Assembly: GCA_012295275.1 (NCBI GenBank)
Contig: CM022668.1
Coordinates: 14,446,001 to 14,510,000, forward strand
Direction of reading: 5' to 3'
DNA from: Chrysomallon squamiferum
Lineage: Eukaryota > Animalia > Mollusca
DNA length: 64,000 nt
The number at the start of each line of letters is the position of its first letter. Position 1 is the first letter of the stretch. Positions 58,977-64,000 of the stretch are shown here, in pieces. A program made the position numbers and the translations under genes. The notes under the pieces were generated by a model. It was not told the DNA's origin, searched no databases, and saw nothing but the letters and a program-made list of their open reading frames with translations.

Positions 58977-61900
58977 GAGGAGGGAGGGAGAGAGAGAGAG
59001 GCTTAAAGGTAGATTAGAAACAATAGACACACACAAAAAGGTAAGTATATGTATCTGTATCTGTTGTATGTGTAGGTTTATATGTGTGTATGTATGTAGA
59101 TATATATAGGTGTCTGTGTGTGTGTGTGTAAGTATGTATGTAAATGTTTGTGAATATGACTTCTGACACGAATGTTTTAGAGCTTTGGTTAGAATGGAAT
59201 AACCATTTTGCCCAGTATTAATTTCTTATTATTATTGTAATATTAACTGTTACCACTTTGAATTTCAGGTATATCAAGATGTATGTTACTCAACACGTCA
59301 GTTATCTATTTACAATAATGCCACATCATTCTGTTGGTCCAGGAAAAATTGCTTTCAATGCTATGCATGTTAGTATATACACAATATAATTACATATCTT
59401 TGTAATGTTAGGCTACTGAAATAATAAATAAATAAATAAATAAATAAATAAGATGAAGAAATCAAGAATTCAATAAATCAATAAATAAATAAATATATAT
59501 GCACACACATATATGTATAAAGTAAATAAATAAACCAATAAATAAATGAATAAATAAATATATGTTTTTTATATTTGCTTTAATTAATTTGGCTGGTGAA
59601 ATAATTAGTAAGTGAATAAATAAATATATAGAACATTTTTCTTTTTATATTTAAAAAATGAAAGAAAAAAAATGTTATGTAACAATTAAAATTGCTTAAA
59701 TAACTTCCTGTTTATTTGTTTTCTATCTATCTTTTGTTTTCATTTTTCAGAGAAAATGGGCTAGCATTATTCTAAATGCTGAAATACGAGTGGAACCATT
59801 TGGTTTTAATACAAGAACTCAGGGTATTGGATCCATTGTTTTTGAAATTGATTTCTTGAACAAGAAGAAGTAAGTGACAGCAGGTTGTTTAGTGTTTTAA
59901 AATTGAAAAATGAAATCAAATCAGAACACGGTCAAATTCATTTTTATGTTTTTTTATATCTGCATAACTTATAAATCATTTCGTCAAATTCATTTTTATG
60001 TTTTTAATTCATGAATTTGTTTTGATTATCAGCATAACTCAAAAATCACATTAATATTTACAAATATTAAAAAATGTAGGAATTGACATTTTTTTAAAAT
60101 CCAAGAAAACCAACAAGAAAACCGAAAGAAAAAAATTTAAAAAAAATGTATGACACCCTGTAGCAAAACAAACTTAATTCATGAATTCTATTTTTATTTG
60201 CATTGTTATTAAAATAGATTTATGTTTATTTTCAGTCAGTCTACTGAATAATCATTTTTCAAACTTTACCAGATATTGGCATTTAATTACGAGAAGAAAA
60301 TTTTTGCCCTTAAAGTGACAGATATCGAAGGTTTTTCTTTTTATACTTTTTATACTTTTTATATATATATATATGTGTGTGTGTGTGTTTACAAATATGA
60401 CTGGTAATTTGAAGCAAGTATTGTAAAAAAAAAAAAAAAAAAAAAAGGTGGGCAAAAAATGTATTTATTTGTTGAGGTAATTAATTAATTAATTTATTTA
60501 CTTACTTATTTACATATTTACTGTTTTCTTGCTTATTTTGTTTATTTTATTTTTTAGTACTGGATTTTAGTGCAGTCAAGGAGAATATGGGAGGAAAGCC
60601 TAAAAAGGTATTTAAAAAAAAAAAAAAATTATATCTTTAAACTCATGTTAAAATATTTATTATAATTATAATTGCATATAGACATTTCTTGATCCTACTT
60701 ACAGAGGTCCTTACATCCTTAGATCCACATATATGTAGATCCCTACGTAGTTAGATCAGTACTTAAGTATATGTATCCATACTTGTATAGATCCATACTT
60801 TAAGTATATGTATCCATACTTACATATATCCATACTTACATAGATTCATACTTGCATGCATCCATACTCATATACATTCATACTTAATAGATCCATACTT
60901 ATAAAGATCCATACTTACATAGATCTTTACTTTATGTAGATCCATTTTATATTGGTTCACATATGCATTTTTATACAGATTCATATATTTACAGTGATAT
61001 GTTCAGAGATTACTTACAGAGATTGCTTCTCCTGATGATATATTCTTACTTGGATCCTATTTCTTTTGATCCATATTTCTTATGTCTATTGATACTTATG
61101 TAGATCAACACTTCCATGGTTGATGTCTGACCACACACACAATCACACTGTCAATTAAATTAATTTTGTATGAGTTTTCAAGACAATACTCACTGTGTGA
61201 CATACATACAATTTATCAGATGGGTTATTACTAGTATTTCTAAGATTGTGATTGGTTACTGTATTTTAATATTGAGAATAATATTTCTAATTACAGGCAG
61301 ACTTTGGATTTCTGACACCAAATGCTGGAGTTGTGTTTGAAAAAGCTGATAATTCACCTCTAAATCTGAAAGGAAAGTCAAAAGGGTAAATAAAAATGAT
61401 GATAATTATAATGATGATGATGATAATGATAATAATGATAATAATTAAAATGATAAAATTAGGTTTTAAGCAAATGTCATACATGGATACCAGGATTAAA
61501 TACTTATTAAGAGGGTAATGGTTAAATTAGAGTATATAGTTATAAATAATAAAACAAATTTTTGTCCTCCATGCAGAATATTTTTTGAAAAGTTGCTTAA
61601 GATGCTTTGAAAGATTCTAATTTTAACCTCAGTTTGAAATGTTAATCCACTTTGACATGAATTTTCTACATTTTTCTCTTTCCAACTAAACTAGGCTATC
61701 TTTTCTAGTCATAGAACCTTTATGGATGGCAACAGTATTAAAATGAAGATTATGACATGAAGCATTTGAAAATCTGCAGAATCCAAAACGTCCTTAATCC
61801 TGTCTTAGAATCACAGTGTTACAAATATTACAATATCACAGGTTATTAGAGTAAAATTTAAATATTAAATATTTTAAATATTTTTTTAAATGCAGAAAAT

Positions 61901-62131
61901 CAACTTACCAGTCAATTATCAATCCAGACTGGGATTTCACAAAGATGGGGATTGGAGGACTTAATAACGAGTTCTCTGCCATTTTCAGAAGAGCTTTTGC
62001 TTCAAGAGTTTTCCCCCTGATGTTGTGGAAGCCATTGGTTGGTTAATCTTTAATTTTATCATAATTTGTTTTGAACATTTTTGCTACTGTTATTTCATTT
62101 ATGTTGTTATATTAACACTATTTCTGAATTA

Positions 62132-62227
<96 letters not shown>

Positions 62228-63925
62228 ATTTTTACTATATTTTTCTTTCTTTGTAATTGCAGAAAGATGGGTAAGATGTTGAATGCCAGAGAACCAAAGA
62301 TAGTAAACGGACCTCAGATTCTTGACAAATTTGTGGGAGAATCGGAGGCGAACATTCGCAGACTTTTTGCCGATGCTGAGGAGGAAGAAAAACGAGTAAT
62401 TTTGAAAAAATATATTTAAGAATAAAAAGAAAATCTCTTCTATGTTGATGACAAAAAAGTTTGAGAAAACAGAATGTTTTACTCTGTTGTCTTTGGAAAT
62501 GTAATTTTTAAAAATGTTTTAATCTCTGGTGCATGTTTTGTTATGGTGTAGATATAAAAAGATTTTTGATGACATGAAGATGAACAAAGGTATTTATTTA
62601 ACTGTGTTGCAAATGTATATTTTTTTTCTGATGTACAAAAGGACGAAAAATTAGTGCTGATGATAACATTTTACATTTTTAATTTTTTTCTTTCTTTTTC
62701 ATAAAAATATTATGGTTTACTCCTCAACAGTCTAACTAAATGTGATTTGTTACTTCTTGAAGAGTCACAGTTTCCTGATTGTTGAAAAATGACAAGCTAT
62801 CAGTGGATATTTGCTATGTAAATGAAACATTTTCCTTGTTCTCTTAGGTTGGCAGAAACAGTGGTCTTCACATCATAATTGTTGACAAGATTGATGCCAT
62901 TTGTAAATCCAGAAGTGGTGTGGCAAGTATTTTACTAAATATAAGTATTTTAGCTTTGTGCTAACGTCAATAAATTTCATGTTCCATAAGATTAGGGCAA
63001 AATGTAAATAATTTTTAATATGTTTTTAAACTGTCCCATATATAAATGGTTTTGAGTTGCCCTGTACTTATACAAGTACTTCACTAGTCACAATATGGTG
63101 AATGCAGAATCTCAGCATTGTATCTGTATCATTAGATATTTTCATCAGTCCTGTGAGACAAAACTCTGCGGTGAATAAAGTATAGGACTAATGCAACAGG
63201 GTCTAGTAAGAATTTTGAGATTAAACGTTTTGTTATAATTCAGTGTAAAAATAAATAATAAAGCCTGGAAAGAAAGAAAGAAACAAAATTTTGATAGTAA
63301 TAAAGTATAACAGTAAAATGACAGTTTGAAAAGAAATAATGAAACCAAACTTTACTAATAATGAAGTATGACAATAAAATATAGTCTGAGTAAAAAAGAA
63401 AAAAAACCCCATTAAAATCTAACTTTGCCACTAATAATGTATAATAGAAAAACTGAGATCAAACTTTGCAGATGATAAAATAAAATAAAATAGTATTATA
63501 ATGTGTATGAAATAACAGTAAAATCAAACTTTGTTAATAATAAAGTATAACATTGCCACTGTGCACTCTGTCAGCCATTTATTTGAAACAGTTCACATAA
63601 AAATATATATAAAACAGAAATCATTACTGAGACACTTAAAGCAACATTACGAATACCAGACTCGTCAATATTTAAAATAAACTTCACAACCAGTGTTTCT
63701 TTTCTAAAACATTTTTTTTGTTGTTGTTTAATTAAAGTTCTTTTTCTACTTATTTCCAGGCTGGAAACACAGCAGTACATGACACAGTTGTGAATCAGCT
63801 ATTAGCCTAACTGGATGGTGTTGAACAGTTAAACAACATTCTTGTTATTGGTATGACCAACAGAAAAGATATGATTGACGAGGCTTTGCTTAGACCTGGA
63901 CGATTAGAAGTGCACATTGAGATAG
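56498..63925 (+). pseudogene. NSF: NSF copy E, pseudogene running off the window end
   Basis: Exons 56498-56506, 58807-58892, 59269-59368, 59751-59869, 60236-60330 (internal deletion, TAA 60249-60251), 60558-60607, 61297-61385, 61896-62037 (-1 in the C run), exon 9 (Walker A) deleted, 62263-62395, 62848-62922 (Walker B DEID to DKID, GC donor), 63760-63925 (TAA 63808-63810). Confidence 0.9.
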
Positions 63926-64000
63926 GTGAGTACATTGTGATTTATGTATTTGAGTATAGATGGGTCATTCATGATTTACAGATAGGTAGGTGTATTGTGA

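Overview
AT-rich, microsatellite-rich, intron-containing eukaryotic DNA, most likely an invertebrate animal; the species cannot be determined from the sequence. The window is dominated by a head-to-tail tandem array of five + strand copies of the vesicle-fusing AAA+ ATPase NSF/Sec18, which I label A to E. A is a 3' remnant (597-1106). B (2584-12938) has no premature stop but has lost its exon-1 donor and has an in-frame loss of most of D2. C (25815-34793) has an open N-domain with the D1 ATPase motifs removed by frame-compatible deletions. D (36222-53220) is a complete 21-exon gene of 747 aa by my manual splicing. E (56498 to window end) is a pseudogene. Between B and C lies a ~12 kb block containing duplicated promoter-like modules with CRE palindromes, two FLYWCH-domain fragments, a LINE endonuclease/RT remnant, an internally deleted Ty3/gypsy remnant, and a single-copy minus-strand gene for an orphan secreted acidic protein (268 aa, DVQ heptad repeats) arranged head-to-head with NSF copy C. 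A Tc1/mariner (maT-like) element sits in intron 19 of D and a hAT-type MITE in intron 12 of B. All exon models were assembled by hand from GT/AG sites, phase continuity and remembered similarity to metazoan NSF; no expression data or database searches were available.
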